Below, in pieces: positions 15,115 to 27,835 of a stretch of DNA of 64,000 bases. Under the pieces are notes generated by a model that saw only the letters and a program-made list of their open reading frames with translations, made no database searches and had not been told where the DNA came from. Within the stretch, counting starts at the first letter, position 1; the number at the start of each line of letters is the position of its first letter. The position numbers and the translations under genes were made by a program. The stretch is from Octopus vulgaris (lineage: Eukaryota). The stretch lies in assembly GCA_951406725.2 (NCBI GenBank), contig OX597841.1:25296001-25360000 (forward strand), read 5' to 3'.

Positions 15115-15655
15115 GACACGCACATATATACATATATACATACATATACACACCAATACACATACGCATACATACATATATACATATGAGTATACGCACG
15201 GGTATACGAGCATATACAGACATATACACATACATACACATATACATGCATATAAACACATGTATATATATATATACACATATACATACATATATATACA
15301 CACATATACATATATACATACATATATACACCAATGCACATACGCATACATAAATATATACATATGTATATACACATGCATACATATACACACACACACG
15401 CGCACCTATATATACATAAATACATACAAGCATACATACATATACATATACACAATAACGTAAATACATAAATACATATAAGCATACATACATATACATA
15501 TACACATATACATACATGCATACACAAATAATAAATATATATACATGCAGATACCCATACTTACACATACATATACGCGTACATACACATATAACACACA
15601 GATATATACACACAAATATACACATACATATATACATACATATATACATATATAT

Positions 15656-15714
<59 letters not shown>

Positions 15715-16696
15715 AATCCAAACGGGAAACAAAAAAACAACAACAATGGAACAATTACAGTATTATTATTAATAGGCGCTCAGGAAATGGAAGCAGGGAG
15801 GTATGACGTTTCGAGCGGAGCTCTTCGTCGGAAACATAAAGAAGGAAGAGAGAGGAAAGAAAGATCCCGGAGCGGGCAACGGAGATAGAGAAAAAAACGA
15901 CTGGTGTTAGGAGTTACACATGGTGAAAGGCGGATGTTTACGATAACAAGAGCAAAGTGGGTTTTTAAAGGCAAAAGAGTGGAGACAAGGTTGGTAACGC
16001 AACAGATGTGTGTGTATGTGTGAGTGTGTGCGTGTGCGTGTGTGTATGTGTGTGTGAGGCGAGATAAAAAAACAAAAAATATATGTATGGGGTAGTGTGT
16101 GCGTCTGTGGGTAGGCGTGGGAGGTAGGGCGAGACGGTGGTCAGCATAGCAGCAGCATAGCAGACAAAGGTCAGTAGTAAGAAAAGGGAGGAAGGCGGAA
16201 GGGAGGGAGGGGAAGGGGTGGGGGCGTATGTAGCGTGCCAGCGTGTGTTGAGTAGTAGTGTGTGTGTGTCCAGTGTCGTGGTAGTATTAATGGCGAGTAG
16301 ATTGAATGTGTGTAAGAATAATGTATATGTTTAAGCAATGTGTGTATATGTGTGCGCGTGTGTGTAACGAAAAAAAAGGGGGGTTAAGGAAAAGGACTCC
16401 AGCGGAGGGAAGATGGAAGAGTGGTCCCGCGGAGACGGGCGTGGGAAAACCCAACGACAAGCGACATCCCAGGAACGGGCGGGAGGCCTAGTCGGGTCCA
16501 AGGGCGAGGTGCATGCGGCGCGCATGCGTGCGCGAACCGGCGCAAGCGCGTGTGTGCGCGCGCCTGCGAGTGTGCGTGCGTACGTATGTGTGTGTGTGGA
16601 TGTGTGAGTGTGTCTGTGTGTATGTCTGGGTGGCAGTGTGTCCGATGAATGTATGTGAGTATGTGTGTATATATGTGTGTGCATAGATGTATGTCC

Positions 16697-16729
<33 letters not shown>

Positions 16730-17852
16730 AGTGTGTATGTATGTACGTGTGGGTGTGGGGAAGTGTGTGTATATGCATGTGTGTGCGCGAACATACAGGT
16801 GTGTGTGAGTGAGTGCGTGTGTGTGTATGTATGTGTGAGTGTGTATGTATGTGTGTGTAGGATGCATGTATGTGTATGGGTGTATGTATGCGTGTGTGTA
16901 TGTATGTATGTGTACGTGCGTGTGTGTGTGTGTATGCGTGTAGGTGTGCGCGTGTGCATGCGTGCATGTATGTGCGTATGTGTGTGTGTGTGTGCATGTG
17001 TGTGGGTATATATGTATGTGCGTATATGTGTGTGTATGTGCGTACATGTGTGTGTGTGTATGCATGTGTGTGTGTAGGTGTGTAGGCGTGTGTGTATAGG
17101 TGTATGTATGTAAGTATGTATGGGTGTGTCCGTGTATGTGTGTATGTATGTGTGTGTATGTAGCTGTGTGGGCGTGTGTATATGTGTGTGTATGTAGGTG
17201 TGTGGGCGTGTGTATATAAGTGTATGTATGTATGTCTGGGTGTGTCCGTGCATGTTTGTGTGTGTGTGTGTATGCATGTGTATGTAGGTGTGTGTGTACG
17301 TGTGTAATGTATGTGTGTATGCGTGTGTATGCGTGCGTGTGTGTATGTAGGTGCGTGTGTATGTGTGTGGGAGTGTAGGTGTGTGTGTGCGTATATATAT
17401 ATATATATATATACACATACACAAAGCATACGTGCGCACATATATATACACTCATATACGTATACATACATACGTACAAACACATAGATCCACGCACATA
17501 AGCACATACAAAAATATATCCATATCCAAATTCATATTCATATCCGAATTTACATCCATATATATATGTATATACATATATATATGTAAATACACATACA
17601 CATATACATACGTGTATTCGTATCCACATACGCACACTCATATCTACATTTATACACACATATATACATGTGTACATATACACACCCACATACACTAGTA
17701 CATATACATACACACACACATATATCTATAAATACACATATACATATATATACATACATGTACATATACATTCACATACACATACACAGATATACATACA
17801 TACACACATATATACACACATACATATATATACACATACACACACACACACA

Positions 17853-17915
<63 letters not shown>
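13425..17915. repeat. Degenerate (CA/TA/TG)n microsatellite field with embedded pLTR fragments
   Basis: Low-complexity sequence producing HT/YI/CV artefact ORFs. Confidence 0.85.
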
Positions 17916-17918
<3 letters not shown>

Positions 17919-18116
17919 CAATAGTCTTCCTATTTACCTAAAACTCTATTCTATTAGTCTATTTATTCATTTATCTACTTTATCACTGATTCTTTTGACC
18001 ACTCCGTTAAGAAAGACAGTTTGTGCCCTGCCTACCCCCAAAAAAGTCCCCCATCACCACCACCACCCCATCAAATCTACCTAAATGTATAAATGCCAAA
18101 ACTATTCTTGACGCCA

Positions 18117-18167
18117 AGCTTCCTGATGATTTCATTTCAATGAAACAGTTCTAGTCCTGTAGAAGCT
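18117..18167 (+). ncRNA. Type I hammerhead (inverted copy 12560-12610)
   Basis: AGCTTC-CTGATGA-stem II-GAAA-CAG ttctagtc CTG-TA-GAAGCT. Confidence 0.75.
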
Positions 18168-18248
18168 CCTTCTATAAAAAAAATTAATTTACTCTGCCAT
18201 GAATTGAGTACATTATTTACTGTGGTTAACCCCGACTCAACCCGGGAC

Positions 18249-18277
<29 letters not shown>

Positions 18278-18279
<2 letters not shown>

Positions 18280-20510
18280 ACAAGAAATGAGGTAATCAGA
18301 AGATCGGATGGTTTATATTTACAGATATTTATTTATATATTACATTTTTTATATACATATCATATCACTTAGATCATTAGCGCTTTCTCCCATTCTAGTG
18401 GGGTTTTCAAATCAAAATAAGATTTTGTGGGGAATTGTAATCATTTTATAGAGTTTCGGCATGGTGGGGAGGAATATAAGACAGTACAAGAGGGTGAGGT
18501 GGATGAGGAGAAAGTGAGAGAGAGAACATGTGTGTATGTGTATGTGTCTGTATGTGTGTGTGTGTGTGTTTTTATCTGAGGTGAGTGCTAAAGAGAGAGG
18601 GTAAGGGAGAGGTAAGAAGAAGGAAATAATTTTTTTGCTCTGCTGGACAGAATATTGCCTCCAAGGGGGCTCTAAGAATTTCAGCTTTGACCACTTCACA
18701 GTGTCACTGAGTATGTGGTGGCGGGGAGGTAGGCCATAATATTGATTCCAAGGTGGTTCTAAGTATTTCAGCTTTGACTGCTTCACAGTGTCACTGAGTG
18801 TGTGGTGGTGGGGAGGTAGGCCATAATATTGATTCCAAGGTGGTTCTAAGTATTTCAGCTTTGACTGCTTCACAGTGTCACTGAGTGTGTGGTGGTGGGG
18901 AGGTAGGCCATAATATTGACTCCAAGGGGTTCTAGGAATTTCAGCTTTGACCACTTCACAGTGTCACTGAGTGTGTGGTGGCGGGGAGGTAGGCCATAAT
19001 ATTGCCTCCAAGGGGGTTCTAAGAATTTCAGCTTTGACTACTTCACAGTGTCGCTGAGTGTGTGGTGGCGGAGAGGTAGGCCATAATATTGATTCCAAGG
19101 TGGTTCTAAGTATTTCAGCTTTGACTGCTTCACAGTGTCACTGAGTGTGTGGTGGTGGGGAGGTAGGCCATAATATTGATTCCAAGGTGGTTCTAAGTAT
19201 TTCAGCTTTGACTGCTTCACAGTGTCACTGAGTGTGTGGTGGTGGGGAGGTAGGCCATAATATTGATTCCAAGGTGGTTCTAAGTATTTCAGCTTTGACT
19301 GCTTCACAGTGTCACTGAGTGTGTGGTGGAGGGGAGGTAGGCCATAATATTGATTCCAAGGTGGTTCTAAGTATTTCAGCTTTGACTGCTTCACAGTGTC
19401 ACTGAGTGTGTGGTGGCGGGGAGGTAGGCCATAATATTGATTCCATGGGGGTTCTAAGAATTTCAGCTTTGACCACTTCACAGTGTCACTGAGTGTGTGG
19501 TGGCGGGGAGGTAGGCCATAATATTGATTCCAAGGGGGTTCTAAGTATTTCAGCTTTGACCACTTCACAGTGTCACTGAGTGTGTGGTGGTGGGGAGGTA
19601 GGCCATAATATTGATTCCAAGGTGGTTCTAAGTATTTCAGCTTTGACCACTTCACAGTGTCACTGAGTGTGTGGTGGCGGGGAGGTAGGCCATAATATTG
19701 CCTCCAAGGGGGTTCTAATTATTTCAGCTTTGACCACTTCACAGTGTCACTGAGTGTGTGGTGGCGGGGAGGTAGGCCATAATATTGCCTCCAAGGGGGT
19801 TCTAATTATTTCAGCTTTGACCACTTCACAGTGTCACTGAGTGTGTGTTGGCGGGGAGGTAGGCCAAAATATTGACTCCAAGGGGGTTCTAAGAATTTCA
19901 GCTTTGACCACTTCACAGTGTCACTGGGTGTGTGGTGGCGGGGAGGTTGGCCATTCATTTTATTTCCTTTTATCATTGTGAGAATGGTCAAATGCTTTTT
20001 TTGGGTTTAAGAATTCTTTCCACTTTTTATGATCGTTTTGTGGAGGTGTGTGTCTGTGTCTGTGTGTGTGTCCGTGTGTGTTTGTGTGTGTGTGTGTGTG
20101 CGTGTGTGTGTGCGTGTGTCTGTGTGTTTGGAGAAGGAGAGAGAGACAAATAATGAAAAAGAAAATTAAGGGAGGCAGGGGAAAAAATTGTGTTGATATT
20201 TATACCACTATATTTATATATACACGCTTATACGTGAAATATTTGAAAAAAAAACTTTAACAACTAAATTACACCATCTTGAAAAGATGAAGCAGTCATC
20301 GAGGTAGCGTTTCCACTTTTTCTTGATGTCTTCTCTGAAGTCGTGTTCGAAGACTTTCCATATTTCATCATATAGTTTGTTCTCCAGGAAACCCACCACC
20401 AGGTTGGCATATAATGGTGCGAATTTTGTACCCAAAGCCGTGCCTTTTATCTGTCGGTATTTCTTGTTGTTGAATGAGAATGTATTTTCTAAGTAAATTA
20501 TGCGTAAATG
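18278..20510 (-). mobile_element. Duplicate of the 4210-6790 PLE with internal deletion and 87-bp tandem expansion
   Basis: Matches 4210-5010 and 6570-6795. The two parts are joined at an AAAA microhomology near 20282. Confidence 0.85.
18651..19955. repeat. 87-bp minisatellite, ~15 copies
   Basis: Unit ATAATATTGATTCCAAGG...GGGGAGGTAGGCC recurs every 87 bp (29-aa repeat in the ORF track). Single copy at ~4591-4678. Confidence 0.92.
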
Positions 20511-20511
20511 T

Positions 20512-20582
<71 letters not shown>

Positions 20583-20656
20583 GGTCCCGGGTTGATTCGG
20601 GGTTAACCACAGTAAGTAAGGTACTCAATACATAGCAGAGTAAAATTAATTTATTA

Positions 20657-21099
20657 TATAGAAGGAGCTTCTACAGGACTAGTACTGTTTCATTCAAGAG
20701 AAATCTTCAGGAAGCTATTTAACAAGAATTGTATTAGCATTTATACATTTAGGCAGGTTTAAAGGAGTGGTGGTGGGGGACTTTTTGGGGGTAGGCATAG
20801 CGCAAAATATCATACTTGGGGGAGTGGTCAAGGAGTCAGTGGTAAGTTAGATGAAAGAATAGATAAATAAAAAAATAAAAAATAAAAAATAAAAAAATAA
20901 AATAAAATAAAATAAAAAAATAAAAAAATAAAAAATATAAAAAATATATATAAAAAAATATATATATAAAATATATATATAAAAATATATATATATAAAA
21001 AAGGGGGATAGAGTTATAGGTAAATAAGGAGATTCTCACTTATACCTATACACACATGTATACGTATCCACACACACATACATACATACACACATATAT

Positions 21100-21135
<36 letters not shown>

Positions 21136-21546
21136 ACCTACACATACACACATACATACATACAAATATACATATACATATATATATATACAATCCAATA
21201 CAGGCCCATTCCCTAATTTTAATTTTATTATCTTCATTTATTACTTTTGTTATCTTTGATCGCTATATATATATATATATATACATACCTACACATACAC
21301 ACATACATACATACAAATATACATATACATATATATATATATACAATCCAATACAGGCCCATTCCCTAATTTTAATTTTATTATCTTCATTTATTACTTT
21401 TGTTATCTTTGATCGCTAGGGCTAAGATAACAAAAGTAATAAATGAAGATAATAAAATTAAAATTAGGGAATGGGCCTGTATTGGATTGTATATATATAT
21501 ATGTATATGTATATTTGTATGTATGTATGTGTGTTGTGTAGGTATG

Positions 21547-21582
<36 letters not shown>

Positions 21583-22041
21583 ATATATGTGTGTATGTAT
21601 GTATGTGTGTGTAGATACGTATACATGTGTGTATAGGTATAAGTGAGAATCTCCTTATTTACCTATAACTCTATCCCCCCTTTTTTTATATATATATTTT
21701 TATATATATATTTTTTATATATATATTTTATATATATATTTTTTATATATATTTTTTATATTTTTTATTTTTTTATTTTTTTATTTTATTTTATTTTATT
21801 TTTTTATTTTTTATTTTTTATTTTTTTATTTATCTATTCTTTCATCTAACTTACCACTGACTCCTTGACCACTCCCCCAAGTATGATATTTTGCGCTATG
21901 CCTACCCCCAAAAAGTCCCCCACCACCACTCCTTTAAACCTGCCTAAATGTATAAATGCTAATACAATTCTTGTTAAATAGCTTCCTGAAGATTTCTCTT
22001 GAATGAAACAGTACTAGTCCTGTAGAAGCTCCTTCTATATA

Positions 22042-22042
<1 letters not shown>
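20657..22042. repeat. Near-perfect long inverted repeat of a PLE terminus, centre ~21415
   Basis: 20657-21410 mirrors 21427-22042 with a ~17-bp spacer. The left arm has an extra ~150-bp direct duplication. Confidence 0.85.
21980..22030 (+). ncRNA. Type I hammerhead (inverted copy 20666-20716)
   Basis: AGCTTC-CTGAAGA-tTTC tctt GAAt-GAAA-CAG tactagtc CTG-TA-GAAGCT. Confidence 0.8.
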
Positions 22043-22092
<50 letters not shown>

Positions 22093-22621
22093 AATATATA
22101 TGTATATACAAAGAGAGTGGGAGCAGAGAGATAGAGAATGAAAGGGGAGAGAGGGTGAGGGAGAGAGAAACATTGGACAAAGGTGATACATTGGAAGCAA
22201 ATCGAAATATTGCCGGAAAATGACGTCAAAATTTTACTACCCAACCTCGTTCTCGGGATTTTTACTGGTAAAAAAGAGTTGTGCCAAAAACATACTTTCT
22301 TTAGTAATCGAAAGATTACTGAATCATTTGATACGTCAACCTTCAAACTTTGTACCCTGCAAGGTTTCAACATCTTCACGCAATCAAATTTAATTAAGTT
22401 AAATTAAATCCGTTTACGCTTGGCTTGTCTCGTCAGCAAAGTCACCAAAATAGGAGGCAGATATATATACACGAGGCTACACCATCTAAGCCTCGGGTCT
22501 ATATATCGTAAATTTTCGAATTCACCGTAATCGCGCCATCTACTCCGCAGCAAATATAAGCTGCTGATACAAATTTCAGAATTAGTCAAAAATTCATTAA
22601 TCAATCAATATAAGGGTAACA

Positions 22622-23150
22622 AAATTTCAAGAAAAATTTTCTGCCACCAGCGGTCAAGTGAGAAAATAGAAATAGTCACAGACTATATGATACATTCAAC
22701 AAAATATTAAGGAATGACCCTGAGAAGGTCGTTCGACTCACTTGAAAAGAGCAGCTAAACTCAAAACCGCAAAAAATAGTAGTAATTCTGAAACTAGAGG
22801 AAAATAAAAAACATTTATCCCCTTCAAACTTTGTACCCTGCAAGGTTTCAACATCTTCACGCAATCAAATTTAATTAAATTAAAATTAAAAATTTAATTA
22901 AATTTGATTGCGTGAAGATGTTGAAACCTTGCAGGGTACAAAGTTTGAAGGGGATAAATGTTTTTTATTTTCCTCTAGTTTCAGAATTACTACTATTTTT
23001 TGCGGTTTTGAGTTTAGCTGCTCTTTTCAAGTGAGTCGAACGACCTTCTCAGGGTCATTCCTTAATATTTTGTTGAATGTATCATATAGTCTGTGACTAT
23101 TTCTATTTTCTCACTTGACCGCTGGTGGCAGAAAATTTTTCTTGAATTTT
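22622..23150. repeat. ~260-bp-arm palindrome centred ~22885
   Basis: Identical 62-aa ORFs on opposite strands (22676-22864 and 22908-23096) around an AT-rich centre. Confidence 0.88.
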
Positions 23151-23171
23151 TTGTTAACCTTATATTGATTG

Positions 23172-23224
<53 letters not shown>

Positions 23225-23320
23225 AAAGATACATTCGAACTTAATCGGTTGTACTTTATGCATGCGAAACTCCGGTATCGTTTTTTTGCATCTAGTCCAG
23301 CAAATTATGTTCATAACAGA

Positions 23321-23383
23321 CTGTGCTGACGAAGTTACAGATATCCTTGCGGATGTTGATACCTGAAATCGATCGATACACAG
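23321..23383 (+). ncRNA. Type I hammerhead, canonical core
   Basis: CTGTG-CTGACGA-stem II (ATATCC ttgc GGATGT)-GAAA-TCGATCGA-TA-CACAG. Confidence 0.8.
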
Positions 23384-23465
23384 GTGATTATTTCATTTCG
23401 TATATTTTCATTTGTCTTATTTATTGCTTTGGTTTGTCCTGAATTTAATTTTATATATATATATG

Positions 23466-23543
<78 letters not shown>

Positions 23544-23592
23544 CATATATCTATATCTCTATCTATATATATATCTATATATATATATATAT

Positions 23593-23691
<99 letters not shown>

Positions 23692-24267
23692 TATATATAT
23701 ATACAAATATATGATTTAGCTAGGGTTGATAGTGCTATACGAACATGGGTTGACTTGTTCATAGGTGAGAGTTTTATTGGAAAGGGTTACGCATACACCT
23801 CCACTCATATACTCGCCATAAGACTGACAGTAAATATTCAGACATATTGCAAGTTGATGGGATGTTATCAACAACTATTGACCTACGTGTTCGCATGAGT
23901 CTCCTCATACGCCTATTTACATATCATATATGTATATATGTATTTAGTGTATGCGCCTGGGGGATACGCGTGTGTGTATGAGTGTGTATGTGTGTGCACG
24001 AGGCGTGTATCATTGTGCTACTTAATTAAAATATCGAAGGCATTAAGGTGTGTTTTAGCTGATATTTTTCTATTGATCGAACAATTTGTCAACTGTCTAT
24101 TGACACGATTTTCCTGATGAAGAAGACAACAATTGTTTGTTTTAGGATTTTATAAATCTTTGTTAGTGATCAATCCTTTTATCTAACTAGTTCACTGCCT
24201 CATTCAAGAAATACTTACTGCTACATGAATAACGACTTGAAACTGTTCACATTACACCAAATAAGGA

Positions 24268-25164
24268 ATGGACACCTACCGCAAGATATTTTTCCTCTTT
24301 GTCATATTCATGGTAATATGCATTTCTTTTTATATTTCTCAATTTGAATATAATCTCAAGAACCTACAAAACATTTGGAATTGGACTTCAACAACTAAGC
24401 AGTGTTTCCTACAGAAGGAATTCCTCTCGATTGTTTCCAGGTAATCAGACTGAAAACGATCGTATCGAAGCTCAAATGAAATATGTCCTACCAGGAGAGG
24501 AAAGATGGGAAAATTATGAACGGAATAGACACCAAAATCAGTCAGATTCTGATCGAAATGTAAAGTTAAAGCCAATTAGACCAAAGTTTAAAACGTTGTT
24601 AATATACAGTTTAGAATATCTGCAACCATTGAAGGAAAATCAAACGAGTTTCCTGGAATATAAATGTCCAGTTAATGAATGTTTAGTCATAAACAACAAA
24701 GCAATGCAAAATAGTGTAGATGCTATTTTCTTTTATGAGACAGTGGGACTATCACAGAAACCAACCCACACGAACCAAATATGGATTTATATGACACAAG
24801 AGTGTCCTGTTTTCAACCCATCAGTGAAACACATGGGAAACAAAATCAACTGGACGATTACTTAACGGCCGGACAGTACGATTGTATATCCTTAAAGGAA
24901 ATTTCGATATTTTAACAAGTCAGTAAGACAAAAAGTACAATTTCAAAATTATGCAGCGGGAAAAACAAAGAAGGTTGCTTGGTTCGTATCGAACTGTCGT
25001 CCAACCAACAATCGAATGGGTTATGCTAAGGTGGATATTTACGGTAGATGTGGTACAAAAGTTTGCAAAAGAGAGAATAAAACTAGTTGCTTTGAGATGT
25101 TAAAAAAGGAATACAAATTTTATTTGGCATTCGAAAATTCCAGTTGTAGAGGTTATATTACTGA
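24268..25164 (+). pseudogene. FucT exon-1 copy, pseudogenised
   Basis: ATG at 24268. Lesions: 2-bp deletion near 24403, TAA at 24863, further lesion near 24893, 21-bp deletion at 25030. The donor and most of the intron are deleted (ATTACTGA joined to CATTCTCAG). Confidence 0.9.
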
Positions 25165-25176
25165 CATTCTCAGTTT

Positions 25177-25207
<31 letters not shown>

Positions 25208-25350
25208 GTATGTAGATAGACAGATGTTTTATATGATATCTTTATATATGATTTATATATATAATTTGCTTGCATGAATCATTATTTCTCATTCCAATAT
25301 TGTTTATGGCAGCTGTATTTTCGTTTTTTCTTTTCTTTTGTCTATTGCAG

Positions 25351-25672
25351 ATATAATGCTATTCCAATTGTAATGGGTGCCCATCCTGACGACTATCGTG
25401 AAGTAGCACCCGAGAATTCATACATCCACTACGAGGATTTTAAATCCCCAAAAGAATTGGCAGATTATCTGCATAAACTTGATAAAAATGATACTCTTTA
25501 TAATGAGTATTTCAAATGGAAAGGAACAGGAGAATTTATTAATACCAAATTTTGGTGTCGTGTTTGTGCGATGCTACACGCTGCCGATTATTACAAGCCG
25601 ACATGGTATGAGAACGTATGGGAATGGTGGGCAGGAAAGGGTCAGTGTATTGGAAGGCGCCGGTGGACATAA
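25351..25672 (+). CDS. FucTA: Alpha-1,3-fucosyltransferase terminal coding exon (only copy in window)
   Basis: Polypyrimidine tract plus TTGCAG| acceptor, phase 2. Encodes YNAIPIVMGAHPDDY...LADYLHKLDKNDTLYNEYFKWKGTGEFINTKFWCRVC, the FucTA-type C-terminus. TAA at 25670-25672. Confidence 0.9.
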
Positions 25673-26474
25673 AACATAGGATATTGTGATATAATGTCCA
25701 TGATGTTGTCATTGAACGGGATAAACTATATTGAGAGAGAGAGAGAGAGGGAGCGAAAGAGAGAGCGAGAGAGAGATTGAGAGGAGGCGGGAAAGATAGG
25801 GAAGAGGTAAGAGAACTTAAAAACTGCAAATTCTCGCATACTGAAAACCATTTAAAATTCTTGGGTAATCTTTCCTTTCGAACTGTTTTTACTTCTACAA
25901 CCGTATTTAAACAAACATATTGAACAGTGTTTATTTTTCTTTTCGTGAATTCGTTTCCATCGTTACATGATTTATTTCTTTATGTGTGTCACGTTACAGA
26001 GTTGTGCTTATATAAATACTAGACTACCCGTGACCTGTTGGGTCACCGGGAAACTCAGTGATACAGCAACGGAGTTTTGTTTCGTAAGTTTTGTTCTTTT
26101 CCGAGTTATTTCGCATGCTTTCAACGAATGACATTGAAATCACATTGAATATACCATCTGGTTTATTCAACTGATGAAAGCAGAGTTTATTTGAAGCCAA
26201 GCTAGAAATCCAGGAACTTGAATTATCCAGTAATATCTTTTTGCTAGTTTATTTTGACCCTCTGTCTTATCTTGTGGTGCAATATGAACATTTTAGGTGG
26301 TTTTTAAAGTCAGGGATTTGACTACTACTTCGGTATGGTGGTGTCTCTCAGATACCCTTATTTATAGTTGTAAAAAATTATTACCGTTCTATGTTATTTA
26401 TTTCCATGCTGGCCACTTGATAATATCGATATTTAAATATTGATATTGTCCTTATTTATGAATATATATATATA

Positions 26475-26863
26475 CTCTTTTTGAGTCCTTTTGACTGCGG
26501 CCATGCTGGAGCACCGCCTTTAGTCGAGCAAAATTACCCCGGGACTTATTCTTTGTAAGCCCAGTACTTATTCTATCGGTCTCTTTTGCCGATCCGCTAA
26601 GTGACGGGGACGTAAACACACCAGCATCGGTTGTCAAGCAATGCTAGGGGGACAAACACAGACACACAAACATATACACACACGTACATATAAAGATATA
26701 TACGACGGGCCTCTTTCAGTTTCCGTCTACCAGATCCACTCACAAGGCTTTGGTCGGCTCGAGGCTATAGTAGAAGACACTTGCCCAAGATATCACGCAG
26801 TGTGACTGAACCCGGAACCATGTGGTTGGTTAGCAAGCTACGTACCACACAGCCACTCCTGCG

Positions 26864-26866
<3 letters not shown>
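26475..26866 (-). mobile_element. tRNA-derived SINE (octopus-type)
   Basis: Reverse-complement head GGCGCAGGAGTGGCTGTGTGGT...GGTTCAGTC with A/B-box-like motifs. Homologous to 54813-55180. Confidence 0.8.
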
Positions 26867-26951
<85 letters not shown>

Positions 26952-26956
26952 CATAC

Positions 26957-27835
26957 ACTGGTTTTCAAAACTAGAATTATTATTATTTCTATGTCTCTCT
27001 AAAGGAGACTACGGCAGCAGTACTGGATGTTAAGTTATCGCCAAGCTAATATGGCAGTCCAGAAATATAGGACGAATGCTGTCGTTGATTAGCTACAAAA
27101 GGCCATCGCCTCTAGCTAGCTATGTGACACACGCACCTGTGTCCATTATAACCTTCGAACAGGGGAGATCAGCTGCTTCCTCTTGATAGTCAGGCATCTG
27201 CAGACTAGTTTCAGGGTATTTGCCCCTTATCAGTGCAGAGAAGCCGAACCCAGCAGGCGTCACTACTAACCGTCTGTTCGAAGGATTATTTACCTAAACT
27301 CAGTAGAATACATCCACTGGTTTTTCAAAAATATAAATATAAATATTTCTAAGTCTCCCTAAAGGAGACTACAGCAGCACTGGATATTAAGTTATCGCCA
27401 CGCTAATATGGCAGTCCATAAATATAGGACGAAAGCTGCCGATGATTACCTCCAAGAGGTCATCGCATCGAGATAGCTATGTGACACCGCTGCAGTAGGC
27501 TCCTTTCGAGAGACTTAGAAATAATAATATTTCTATTTTTGAAAACCAGTGGATGTATTCCACTGAGTTTAGGTAAATAATCCTTCGAACAGACGGTTAC
27601 TAGCGACGCCTGCTGGGTTCGGCTGCTCTGCACTGATAAGGGGCAAATACTCTGAAACTAGTCTGCAAATGCCTGACCAGCAAGGGGAAATGGCTGACCT
27701 CCCCTGTTCGAAGGTTATAATGGACACAGGTTCGTGTGTCACATAGCTAGCTAGAGGCGATGGCCTCTTGGAGCTAATCAACGGCAGCATTCGTCCTATA
27801 TTTCTAGACTGCTATATTAGCTTGGCAATAACTAT
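26957..27835. mobile_element. PLE pseudo-LTR fragments in direct and inverted arrangement
   Basis: 26957-27340 is mirrored by 27510-27835, with a partial direct repeat at 27316-27487. Contains hammerhead motifs. Confidence 0.7.
27198..27238 (-). ncRNA. Hammerhead-like motif, C3/A8 mismatch core (inverted copy 27628-27668)
   Basis: Reverse complement: CTGCA-CTGATAA-gGGG caaata CCCt-GAAA-CTAG-TC-TGCAG. Confidence 0.65.

Noticed and set aside
13363-17924. Long His/Thr/Tyr/Ile or Cys/Val ORFs up to 462 aa
   Set aside because: Translations of (CA)/(TA)/(TG) microsatellites. Open in several frames on both strands.
18651-19955. CRISPR-like array or repeat-protein gene
   Set aside because: Head-to-tail units with no unique spacers, eukaryotic context, and derived from a PLE 3' region. 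ORF is interrupted by stops.
25274-25350. ATG at 25274 as the start of a standalone 132-aa protein
   Set aside because: The first 26 codons are intron polypyrimidine tract. Homology starts at the AG acceptor.
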